A stretch of DNA of 38,066 nt from assembly GCA_030615555.1 (NCBI GenBank), contig JAUWZB010000001.1:1-38066 (forward strand), in the 5' to 3' direction. This stretch comes from Dehalococcoidales bacterium. GTDB lineage: Bacteria > Chloroflexota > Dehalococcoidia > E44-bin15. The notes under the pieces were generated by a model. The model saw nothing but the letters and a program-made list of their open reading frames with translations. It was not told the DNA's origin and made no database searches. A program made the translations under genes and the position numbers. Positions 1 to 6,970 of the stretch are shown one piece after another (the stretch's first letter is position 1; every line of letters starts with the position of its first letter).

Positions 1-308
1 TCATGGACTATGCCCGTCAATTCTCGGTCAAGATTCTGGCGGGTATAGTCCTGCTCGCATCAGCGAGAATGGCGAAGTATATGAACGAGAACGTACCCGG
101 CATCTTCGTACCCCAAGACCTGATCGATGAAATGGGGAGCGCGCCCAAAGGTGAAGCGCTCAATAAAGGTATCGAGATTGCCGGCTGGATGATCGCTGCA
201 CTGAAAAAGGATTCGATCTGCGACGGAGTGCACATAATGGCAATTGGCAGGGAAGAGGTTGTTCCAGATATCTTGGCAATAGCCGGGCTTTGGCCCAACC
301 TCTCTTAG
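1..308 (+). CDS. metF: methylenetetrahydrofolate reductase, C-terminal part (5' end lies outside the window)
   Basis: The ORF in frame 3 is open to the left edge. The segment NVPGIFVPQDLIDEM...GIEIAGWMIAALKK...DGVHIMAIG resembles the conserved C-terminal third of MetF/MTHFR proteins. Stop TAG at 306-308. Confidence 0.6.
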   Translation, partial: MDYARQFSVKILAGIVLLASARMAKYMNENVPGIFVPQDLIDEMGSAPKGEALNKGIEIAGWMIAALKKDSICDGVHIMAIGREEVVPDILAIAGLWPNLS

Positions 309-906
309 TTTCTGCTCAGTTCATTCGAATGAAAACCATCTTCACTATGTATTGCTTTTGAATCTCAGCCTTACCCGAGCGAGAGGATGCCATTGAGCGA
401 AGCTTATTGGTAACAATTGTCCAGATCGTTGAACCCTTGGCAGCTTGTGCAGTCGCAACTTCAGCCCTTTTTCTTTGTTCATACACTGCGTTTTACACCT
501 TCTTTTCGATACTCACGGATGTTCATGTCGGCGGCGCCTGGCGGAACTCGGAGGAGCGCGATGTGAGCACAGCGGATCAAATTTGCGTCTGGACGCATTG
601 CCGTGTGCTTTAGGTCTCCTCACAGTTGACAAATGCCCATGCCCCTGATATAACATGCCTGCGAAGCTCTGCCACGATATGGGTTCATGTCTCACTTTTC
701 GCTCTGCTCCCGCTGAGGGGGTAGACCTCAGTAACAGGAGTGGGTGTAGCCAAGCAGGAAAGGTGTTGTAAAACCGAGCATTTTAGTTTATGAACCTCCA
801 AGGATTGGCCGTCTCAGTGGTTAACACCAGTTGATCTAATACTAGTTCGGCTGCCTGCGGAGGATTTTTATTTATAAGAAAAGAACATAAGATTGGAGGT
901 GGTAAA

Positions 907-1518
907 ATGGCTATATTCCCGTCGAGAGAATGGGTGGAGGCAGTGTTAGAGGTCGCAAAGAGGAGTGAGGAGTACAAAGAGGCGTCAAAGGATTGGGAAG
1001 GCGATTTCCTATGTATAATCGAGGGTGACGAGGGATTTCTGAGGGATCTAAGCAGAAAAGAAGTTATGGAAGGTTTCCTGAGCTTCTTTGATATGATGCC
1101 AGCGGAGGACCGAAAGAAGTATAAAGGCACTCCTATGGGCGATTTTCTTGAAAAGAAATTGGGCATACCGTTGGGTGCCTCTACTAAAGGATTGGACGTA
1201 AGCGAAATGTTGAGAGAAATCTCAAAGTTATCTGCAGAGGACTTGAGGGGTGCAGCACTATATTTCTGGACAGATTTCTGGCATGGTAGTGTCAGAAACA
1301 TGACGCCTGTGGCTCCAGGTGAACACGAAGACGCCGCTTTCAAGCTTTCTGGGAAATATAGCTCTTGGAAACTGTTAGTTTCAGGGCAACAGGATGCCAT
1401 GAGATTGGTAATGAGCAACAGATTGAAGCTTGAAGGCGATATGTCGTATATAATGAAACGGCTGAAAGCAGTGCGAGCGTTAACGAAAGAGGTGTTCGCT
1501 GGAGTTCCGATTGATTAA
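907..1518 (+). CDS. SCP2 (sterol-carrier-like) domain protein
   Basis: 203-aa ORF with RBS GGAGGTG 5 nt upstream of the ATG. The N-terminus FPSREWVEAV...YKEASKDWEGDF and the C-terminus MSNRLKLEGDMSYIMKRLKA are typical of SCP2-fold proteins. The gene looks AT-richer than its neighbours. Confidence 0.65.
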   Translation: MAIFPSREWVEAVLEVAKRSEEYKEASKDWEGDFLCIIEGDEGFLRDLSRKEVMEGFLSFFDMMPAEDRKKYKGTPMGDFLEKKLGIPLGASTKGLDVSEMLREISKLSAEDLRGAALYFWTDFWHGSVRNMTPVAPGEHEDAAFKLSGKYSSWKLLVSGQQDAMRLVMSNRLKLEGDMSYIMKRLKAVRALTKEVFAGVPID

Positions 1519-1530
1519 TTTAATGAATCG

Positions 1531-1632
1531 ATGGTAAAGGGTTTGATTTGGGAGGAAGTTTGGCAGAGCTACCTCGCGTGGGCAAGCTCGGGCTCGCTGG
1601 AATGGAGGAGAGGGCGCGGCTACTTGGGGGCA
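1531..1632 (+). repeat. direct repeat copy A, 100/102 nt identical to 30640-30741
   Basis: Base-by-base manual alignment finds only two mismatches (A/C at 1565 and T/C at 1625). Identity drops sharply beyond both edges. Confidence 0.85.
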
Positions 1633-1693
1633 GTATAAGAATTGAATCCGAGCAGGCAACGGCACCACTGTGGTCATCGAGGCACCGGTATAG
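1531..1693 (+). pseudogene. 3'-terminal remnant of a NarL-partner histidine kinase (HATPase_c G2-box region), with no 5' part
   Basis: It reads (I)DGKGFDLGGSLAELPRVGKLGLAGMEERARLLGGSIRIESEQ and is preceded in frame by TAA TGA. A 1-nt deletion is needed to restore the family ending ..GNGTTVVIEAPV* (compare HK1 GKGTTVTIEVPI*). It lies directly after the SCP2 stop codon. Confidence 0.75.
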
Positions 1694-1940
1694 CTATAGA
1701 CTGCTCAACAACATATAAAGGTAGACAAGATTTCAAACCGAGGAGAGTAGGGGACTGTTGGTAGCAGTCCATTCCAAGCTGAACAATTCATCGGAATGTG
1801 ATCTAACAATACGTCATATTGTTCAATTAGGTAACAAAACAAGCTTTTGTCAACTTTACCGCCAAGTCTGGACAAATATCCAAATTTTCCACAAAATGCA
1901 ATTATGGTTTTGGAAATTCAAGCGTTGCAGAAAAGGAACC

Positions 1941-2060
1941 TCAGTCGCGTTTTCGAGGGTTGACTCTGGCTAATATCCAGATAGTAGCCGCGATACACAC
2001 TAATAGAATACCGATACCTATAGGCGACCCCCAACCCAATACTAGAGCAACGTCAGACAT
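1941..2060 (-). CDS. hypothetical 39-aa single-pass membrane peptide
   Basis: It lies below the ORF-track size cutoff. GGAGG sits 9 nt upstream of the ATG (2060). The translation is MSDVALVLGWGSPIGIGILLVCIAATIWILARVNPRKRD*, a hydrophobic helix followed by a basic tail. It is located in the AT-rich patch. Confidence 0.3.
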   Translation of the reverse strand: MSDVALVLGWGSPIGIGILLVCIAATIWILARVNPRKRD

Positions 2061-2157
2061 ATTCTATTTCCTCCATTACTTTCTTTCTAATGGAAACCAA
2101 ACCACAGTTCGCATTGTATATCCTTTATATCCTTTGAAGGCTAGATTCAATGATAAG

Positions 2158-2184
2158 TGGCTACGGGTAAATAGTAGCCTTTTT
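2158..2184 (+). terminator. hairpin plus T-run (GGCTAC-N9-GTAGCC-TTTTTA)
   Basis: A 6-bp stem is followed by five T on the plus strand only. No convincing plus-strand gene lies upstream, so its role is unclear. Confidence 0.3.
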
Positions 2185-2424
2185 ATCTCGAGGAAACAGA
2201 ACGTCACTTTGTTGTCTTGACGCACGCTCCCCAAACAATGTGGAAGCCCTTAAACCGTTTAGGTGCTATGAAGGCTAGCCTTCATAGCCTAGGCGTAGCT
2301 GCCAGGGTCATTGAATAGATAGATCTGCAGATGTAACTTTTGGGCGATGCTTGACTTCTAAGAAGGTCCCCAAGCGAGGGGCAAACCCGAATTGTTTTCC
2401 ATAGTTGATAACTCTGGGATCATC

Positions 2425-4317
2425 TCAAATTGGCACCTCGATGGTTACCGTGGTGCCCTTACCTGGCGCCGATTGTAGCGACAAGGTGCCGCCCAGAAGT
2501 CGCGCTCGCTCCTCCATTCCTGCCAGTCCAAGCTTGCCAAGGCTAGCCAGATCGCTAAGCCTTTCTGGTAACTCAAAACCTTTACCATTGTCGCTAACGC
2601 GTATGATGGTTTTATCCTCGCCATATTCCATGGCAACCGAGGCCCTTGATGCCTGGGCATGCCGGCACGTGTTCCTCAATGCTTCTTGAGCGATGCGGAA
2701 CATCACCAGCTCAGCCTCAGGGCTAAAGCGGCGCTCCGTGCCCACCACTGCCGTAGCTATAGCGATGTCAAACTGCTTTGTTAGCTCAGATGCCAGCCAT
2801 TCCAGTGCCGGAAGCAGCCCCAAGTCATCCAGTATGGATGGCCTAAGGTCCCGGCTGAAGCGACGGACCCCTTCCAGGATCCTATCGACATCTTGCTGCG
2901 CTTCCTCCAGAAGCGTGCTATCCCGCCTGGAGAGCTTCGTGCTGGTAGCACTTAGCTTGTCTAGCCGGCGGGACAGGGCAACCAGCTCCTGGGCGGTGTC
3001 GTCATGAAGTTCCCGGGCGATACGTTTCCGTTCCTCCTCCTGAGCTATGGTAACCTGATGCAGGTAGAAGCGCGTGCTATCCCGCATTTTTCTTTCCTCG
3101 GTAACATCCCTAACTGTGGCCTGGATAGCCACCGGTTGCTCGTTTTCATTGATTACACTGATCATCGCCTCGATGACCGCTCTCGTCCCGTCCTTCCTGA
3201 CCATCTCCAGTTCATAGCGCTGGCTGGTGGCTTCGCCTTCGAGCTGCCTTCGTTGCTTTTTCATGGCAATCTCGAAACTCTCGGCGGTAAGGAATTGCCT
3301 AATGTTCGTCTTCACCAGCTCATCAACTGTATAACCTGTTAGCTCTGACGCCGCCTGATTGACCTCAAGAATATTGCCCTCCAGGTCGCGGATTAAAATA
3401 GCATCGCTGGCGCTGTTAAACAGGTCTCGGTAGCGGTTTTCCGACTCCTTAAGCGCCTCAGTTGCCCACTTGTGCTCTTCATCCTGCTCCATGACGTGCA
3501 GGGCTAAAGCGATGTCCCCAGCAACCTCTTTAAACAAAGATCGCTCTTCATCGTCGGTGGTGAACTCGGCGGGAATGGAGGTAGACACCAGGCCGTATAG
3601 CTTACCGTTGCGCTCCAGCCGGACACTCATCGCCCCTCTGCCACCGTACATCTTTGCTAGTGGACAGTCACTACAGGTGAGGAACGGGTCTTCGGTCACC
3701 ACAACGTCTGAGTGCGCCAATGCCCTACGAGCACAATTGGTCAACTCGCCATGCTTCATCTGCTCCACCATTGGAGCGAAGTACTTGCCCAAACCGGCTT
3801 CGGCGCTCGCCACAAAGTTTCCGGACCCATCTAACAGAACGATCCAAGCGTTATAGTAACCGCGAGTCTCAATGAGATTCTCGCAGGCGCCCTTAAGCAG
3901 TCTGTCTCTGTCCCTTTCAACAGCAATGAGGTGGTTGATGTTACGGATGGCACGTAGCACGGCATTGAGGTGTTCTACCCTGGACTCCGCCCGCTTGCGC
4001 CGGTCACTCAACAAACCAACCGCAAAGGCCACAACTACAAACAGAGCAGCCCGAAAATAATCATTGGCAGTCATCACATCCGACCTAAGGAAAAGGTGGC
4101 TGAGAATGAGGAGTGCCGCTAAGAACACAGCCACGACTAGACCCTTTCTTCCCCACCAAAACGACGCCAGAATAATTGGAATGTAAAAAGAATGGGTAAA
4201 AACAGTGCCCGCTTCAAGTACCACATGAAAATAGTATGTTAAAAAGCAAGCACCAGCTAGAAGCATAGCCATTAACGCAATTCTGTATTTTTGCCATTCA
4301 GCTCTTGTTCCTATCAC
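2425..4317 (-). CDS. sensor histidine kinase HK1 (membrane region, GAF-like, PAS-like, HisKA_3-type H-box, HATPase_c)
   Basis: 630 aa with a hydrophobic N-terminus. The H-box is ELHDDTAQ and the C-terminus carries DNGKGF...GKLGLAGMEERARLLGG...GKGTTV. It is a paralog of HK2 (28395-30803). The GTG start overlaps the stop of the small upstream ORF. Confidence 0.9.
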   Translation of the reverse strand: MIGTRAEWQKYRIALMAMLLAGACFLTYYFHVVLEAGTVFTHSFYIPIILASFWWGRKGLVVAVFLAALLILSHLFLRSDVMTANDYFRAALFVVVAFAVGLLSDRRKRAESRVEHLNAVLRAIRNINHLIAVERDRDRLLKGACENLIETRGYYNAWIVLLDGSGNFVASAEAGLGKYFAPMVEQMKHGELTNCARRALAHSDVVVTEDPFLTCSDCPLAKMYGGRGAMSVRLERNGKLYGLVSTSIPAEFTTDDEERSLFKEVAGDIALALHVMEQDEEHKWATEALKESENRYRDLFNSASDAILIRDLEGNILEVNQAASELTGYTVDELVKTNIRQFLTAESFEIAMKKQRRQLEGEATSQRYELEMVRKDGTRAVIEAMISVINENEQPVAIQATVRDVTEERKMRDSTRFYLHQVTIAQEEERKRIARELHDDTAQELVALSRRLDKLSATSTKLSRRDSTLLEEAQQDVDRILEGVRRFSRDLRPSILDDLGLLPALEWLASELTKQFDIAIATAVVGTERRFSPEAELVMFRIAQEALRNTCRHAQASRASVAMEYGEDKTIIRVSDNGKGFELPERLSDLASLGKLGLAGMEERARLLGGTLSLQSAPGKGTTVTIEVPI

Positions 4318-4463
4318 GTTCCCTCCGTTATTCTCGGCTCCTCCTCCGCCCGCTTGCGCTCGGTTTCCGATGTTTCCAATTCAGCAATACGTTGCCGCAG
4401 CACTGCCAATTCATTTATGAGTTGGTCTTTTGTCTTATCTTCATATCGTCGAGTGGTGCTCAT
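4314..4463 (-). CDS. hypothetical 49-aa coiled-coil peptide, possibly a gene fragment
   Basis: The translation is MSTTRRYEDKTKDQLINELAVLRQRIAELETSETERKRAEEEPRITEGT*. AAGAGG lies upstream of the ATG. The stop TGA overlaps the HK1 GTG start (GTGA). The sequence resembles the helical linkers that precede PAS domains in sensor kinases. Confidence 0.3.
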   Translation of the reverse strand: MSTTRRYEDKTKDQLINELAVLRQRIAELETSETERKRAEEEPRITEGT

Positions 4464-4525
4464 AGTTACCTCTTTAGGGGATTTTCGTCTCGGGCGCCGC
4501 TATGGGTAGCATCCTTTGTGGCCAC

Positions 4526-5188
4526 CTAAGGCAGATCCTCCAGGCTAATCCATCCCTTTTTGAGCGCGTATAGTACCGCCTCAGTGCGTGAACCGACACC
4601 TAGCTTATTGAAGATGTTCCCCAGATGGGCCTGAACCGTTCGCACGCTGAGCGAAAGCTCCTCAGCAATATCCTTATTGCTTATCCCTCTGGCTGCCTGC
4701 TTGAGCACCTCCAGCTCGCGCTCGCTCAGCGGCTCAGCTATTCGTTTCTCCTCGGGCTTGCCCGCTGATATGAAGCGTTCGATAACCTTGCGGGCGATAA
4801 CGGGGTGGAGCACCGACTCTCCGGCACAAACTGCCCTGGTGGCATCAATCAGCTCACGGCCGCGCACATTCTTCAACAGGTAGCCAGCGGCTCCCGCCTC
4901 CAAGAGGGCAAAGACATACTGGTCGTCATCATAGGCAGTAAGTATGAGCACTGCGGTGGCCGGGTATAGTTCCTTGATCTGCTTTGTCGCCTCAATGCCA
5001 TTGAGCTTGGGCATGGCAATATCCATGATCACCACATCCGGTCGCACCTTGCCAGCTAGCTGAACGGCCTCCTCTCCGTCGCTAGCCTCGCCAACTACTT
5101 CCATGTCCGGTTCATGCTGCACCAGCTCACGAGTGCCCTCCCGCACCACCACGTGATCTTCGGCGAGCAGAACCCTGATCTTGGCCAT
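4526..5188 (-). CDS. response regulator RR1, NarL/LuxR family (REC plus HTH)
   Basis: The receiver shows IRVLLAEDH...VVIMDIAMP. The LuxR HTH is LSERELEVLKQAARGISNKDIAEELSLSVRTVQAHLGNIFNKLGV. ATG 5188 with GGGAG 6 nt upstream is preferred over the TTG at 5215 used in the ORF track. Confidence 0.9.
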   Translation of the reverse strand: MAKIRVLLAEDHVVVREGTRELVQHEPDMEVVGEASDGEEAVQLAGKVRPDVVIMDIAMPKLNGIEATKQIKELYPATAVLILTAYDDDQYVFALLEAGAAGYLLKNVRGRELIDATRAVCAGESVLHPVIARKVIERFISAGKPEEKRIAEPLSERELEVLKQAARGISNKDIAEELSLSVRTVQAHLGNIFNKLGVGSRTEAVLYALKKGWISLEDLP

Positions 5189-5337
5189 CAGATGCTCCCA
5201 AAATTTCCTCTTCAATTATAAGCCATATTGCCGCGTCTCTCAATAGCGGCAATAGGGTAGGCAAAATGGCCTGGTTCGCGCATGTCTGGCTAGCGAAACT
5301 GCCTAGAGGGAAGGTCTTTAGATTAGTCCTTTCCCAC

Positions 5338-5366
5338 AGCCAGAAATAGGCGCTATTTCAGATGGC
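5338..5366 (+). promoter_or_regulatory. shared 29-nt motif, copy 1 (AGCCAGAAATAGGCGCTAtttcaGATGGC)
   Basis: 22/29 nt are identical (16/18 in the first block) to the reverse complement of 27537-27565. Both copies point toward the operon transcribed divergently from a NarL-type regulator gene. Confidence 0.4.
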
Positions 5367-5444
5367 AGTTGGCAAGGGACGTGGTAAGTTAGTATTGGGG
5401 TTGAAGCAGCGATGTGGTTCCCCCCCTAGAAAGGAGACAGGGAA

Positions 5445-5798
5445 ATGGGAATGAAGGCCTACTTCATGATTGACGTGACGGATGAGGTCTACCAGGAGGG
5501 TCGTTGGCAACATGCAAAGCAGGAGTTAGAGGCAATCCCCGAGGTGGAGGCTGTTGATCCAGTCTCCGGATCATGCGATTTCCTGGTCAAGGTGGATGTG
5601 CCAATAAGGGCCATCTTCGTGGCCAACAAGATCCGGACGAAGGAATGGGTCAAAGGTCTCCGTATCCTCAGGGTGGAGCCTGTCGAACCAGAGAAGGAGC
5701 GCCCGCTCAGCGAGATTTTGGCTGAAGAACGCAAGACGCTGAGTATTAGGGAGCAGTTGAGGAGCCGAGCTGGCAGACTTGGCCGTGGCAAAGGTTAA
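5445..5798 (+). CDS. stand-alone Lrp/AsnC ligand-binding (RAM-like) domain protein 1
   Basis: The pattern KAYFMIDV...ELEAIPEVEAVDPVSGSCDFLVKVDVP...IRTKEWVKGLRILRVEP fits the beta-alpha-beta-beta-alpha-beta AsnC_trans_reg pattern (G.yDllvkv). No HTH domain is present. RBS AAAGGAG. Confidence 0.7.
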   Translation: MGMKAYFMIDVTDEVYQEGRWQHAKQELEAIPEVEAVDPVSGSCDFLVKVDVPIRAIFVANKIRTKEWVKGLRILRVEPVEPEKERPLSEILAEERKTLSIREQLRSRAGRLGRGKG

Positions 5799-5817
5799 AC
5801 CAAAGGGGGTGAAGAAC

Positions 5818-6135
5818 ATGGGGACAAAGGCTTACTTCCTGATAAATGTGGATAAGCAGGTTGCGCAACGGGATGACTACTACATAAAGGCAATCAATGA
5901 GCTGGAGGCAATACCCGAAGTAGAGTTCGTGGAGCCAGTTTCCGGGATCTATGACCTTATGGTTAAGGTGGATGTGCCGATAAGGGCCATCTTCGTGGCC
6001 GACAAAATATTGGAAAAGGAATGGGTGAGACGTCTCCATGTGCTTAGGATTGAGGCTGTCGAGCGTGAGCGGGTTAGGCCTATTGAGCGTGAGAGTGTCT
6101 CAGAGCCACCGGTCAAGGGTGTGGTGCAAATTTAA
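5818..6135 (+). CDS. stand-alone Lrp/AsnC ligand-binding (RAM-like) domain protein 2
   Basis: It is a paralog of the preceding gene (MGTKAYFLINV...LEAIPEVEFVEPVSGIYDLMVKVDVPIRAIFVADKI). ATG 5818 with AAGGGGGTG upstream is preferred over the longer ORF-track start at 5779. Confidence 0.7.
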   Translation: MGTKAYFLINVDKQVAQRDDYYIKAINELEAIPEVEFVEPVSGIYDLMVKVDVPIRAIFVADKILEKEWVRRLHVLRIEAVERERVRPIERESVSEPPVKGVVQI

Positions 6136-6184
6136 GCCAATTAGCTACTAACTATAGTTACTAACTAGGAAGGACAATAGTAGG

Positions 6185-6970
6185 ATGGGAACCAAGGCTT
6201 ACTTCATGATCAAAACGGCGAGGGAGGCTGGTGGCGAGGGCTATGAAGAGGCGCTAAAGGCGCTGGAGGCAATGCCTGAGGTAGAGTCCATTGAGTCTGT
6301 CTCCGGGGATTATGATCATGTGGCCCGGATACATGCCCCGAAAAGCGTGGTTTCCGTGGCCAACAAGATCCTGGAAAACGAATGGATCAAGCATCTCGAG
6401 GTTTTCAAGGTGGAGACCGATGAACCCAATCCTTTCTTGGAGGAGGTCTGCGCTATCCCGGCTGGCGAGAGTATTCGCTCGTGTGCCCAATGCGGGATGT
6501 GCTCCGCCTCTTGTCCCAATATAGATAAAATGGATTATTCGCCACGAAAGATCATTGCCTTGATCCGGGCGGGGAGGCGCCATGAGGCATTGAGCAGCAA
6601 CACCATGTGGGTTTGTGCCTCCTGTTACCTTTGCACGGTGCGCTGCCCCAACGATGTCAAGATAACCGAGATGATGCACGCCCTCGAATGCTTGGCGGTA
6701 GATCGCGACTTAGCCTCCAGCAGAACAGCCACGCCCACGATGTACCAGCTTTTCGTTGACTCCATCAAGAAAAATGGGCGCGTTCATGAGCTGGGATTCA
6801 TGATCAGATTCTACTTGAAAACGAATCCCTTTGCTGCTATTAAGATGGCCCCCGTGGCGCTCCAGCTACTGCGTCATGGACGCATGCCCCTTAGAGCGCG
6901 GAAGATAAAAGGAACCGACCAAATCAAAGCCATTCTTGACCGGGCTCAGGTTTTGGGAGGTGCCCGATGA
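6185..6970 (+). CDS. hdrC: heterodisulfide reductase subunit C-like protein with an N-terminal RAM-like domain
   Basis: aa 1-85 form a third RAM-like copy (MGTKAYFMIKT...MPEVESIESVSGDYDHVARIHAP...WIKHLEVFKVE). Two CxxCxxCxxxCP motifs follow (CAQCGMCSASCP and CASCYLCTVRCP), as in HdrC. The gene overlaps hdrB by 4 nt. Confidence 0.8.
   Translation: MGTKAYFMIKTAREAGGEGYEEALKALEAMPEVESIESVSGDYDHVARIHAPKSVVSVANKILENEWIKHLEVFKVETDEPNPFLEEVCAIPAGESIRSCAQCGMCSASCPNIDKMDYSPRKIIALIRAGRRHEALSSNTMWVCASCYLCTVRCPNDVKITEMMHALECLAVDRDLASSRTATPTMYQLFVDSIKKNGRVHELGFMIRFYLKTNPFAAIKMAPVALQLLRHGRMPLRARKIKGTDQIKAILDRAQVLGGAR

Noticed and set aside
320-333. 14-bp palindrome TTCATTCGAATGAA just after the metF stop.
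   Set aside because: It is short and AT-rich, with no following T-run. It cannot be distinguished from chance.
783-1418. 211-aa minus-strand ORF opposite the SCP2 gene. Similar long antisense ORFs occur at 7831-8478, 16497-17147, 21806-22246, 25042-25527, 33457-34044 and 35946-36419.
   Set aside because: All lie entirely inside strongly supported genes on the other strand. They have low-complexity Ser/Pro/Arg/Ala-rich translations with no recognisable motifs and no RBS. They are typical shadow ORFs of GC-rich coding DNA.
1694-1790. Possible extension of the 1531/30640 repeat beyond the kinase stop codons (CAGTCCATTCC against CAGTTCCATTCC).
   Set aside because: Only about 11 nt match, at different offsets from the stop codons, which is within chance expectation.
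4526-5215. ORF-track N-terminal extensions: RR1 TTG 5215, RR2 ATG 27663, tsaD TTG 35598, phosphatase 33637, RAM gene 2 at 5779 and the REC protein at 16323.
   Set aside because: In each case an internal ATG with a good Shine-Dalgarno sequence coincides with the conserved family N-terminus. The extensions add non-homologous residues or overlap neighbouring genes.
5266-5281. Possible sigma-54 promoter TGGCCT-GGTTC-GCGCA upstream of the hdr operon.
   Set aside because: Only the GG and GC dinucleotides and their spacing fit. The -24 (TGGCCT) and -12 (GCGC) elements deviate at conserved positions. The neighbouring TGGCTAGCGAAACTGC has the wrong spacing. This is too weak to call.
6147-6167. Direct repeat TACTAACTA x2 with 12-nt period between RAM gene 2 and the RAM-hdrC gene.
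   Set aside because: It consists of only two 9-mers in a stop-codon-rich AT spacer. It shows no similarity to the other intergenic motifs and is insufficient to claim a regulatory site.
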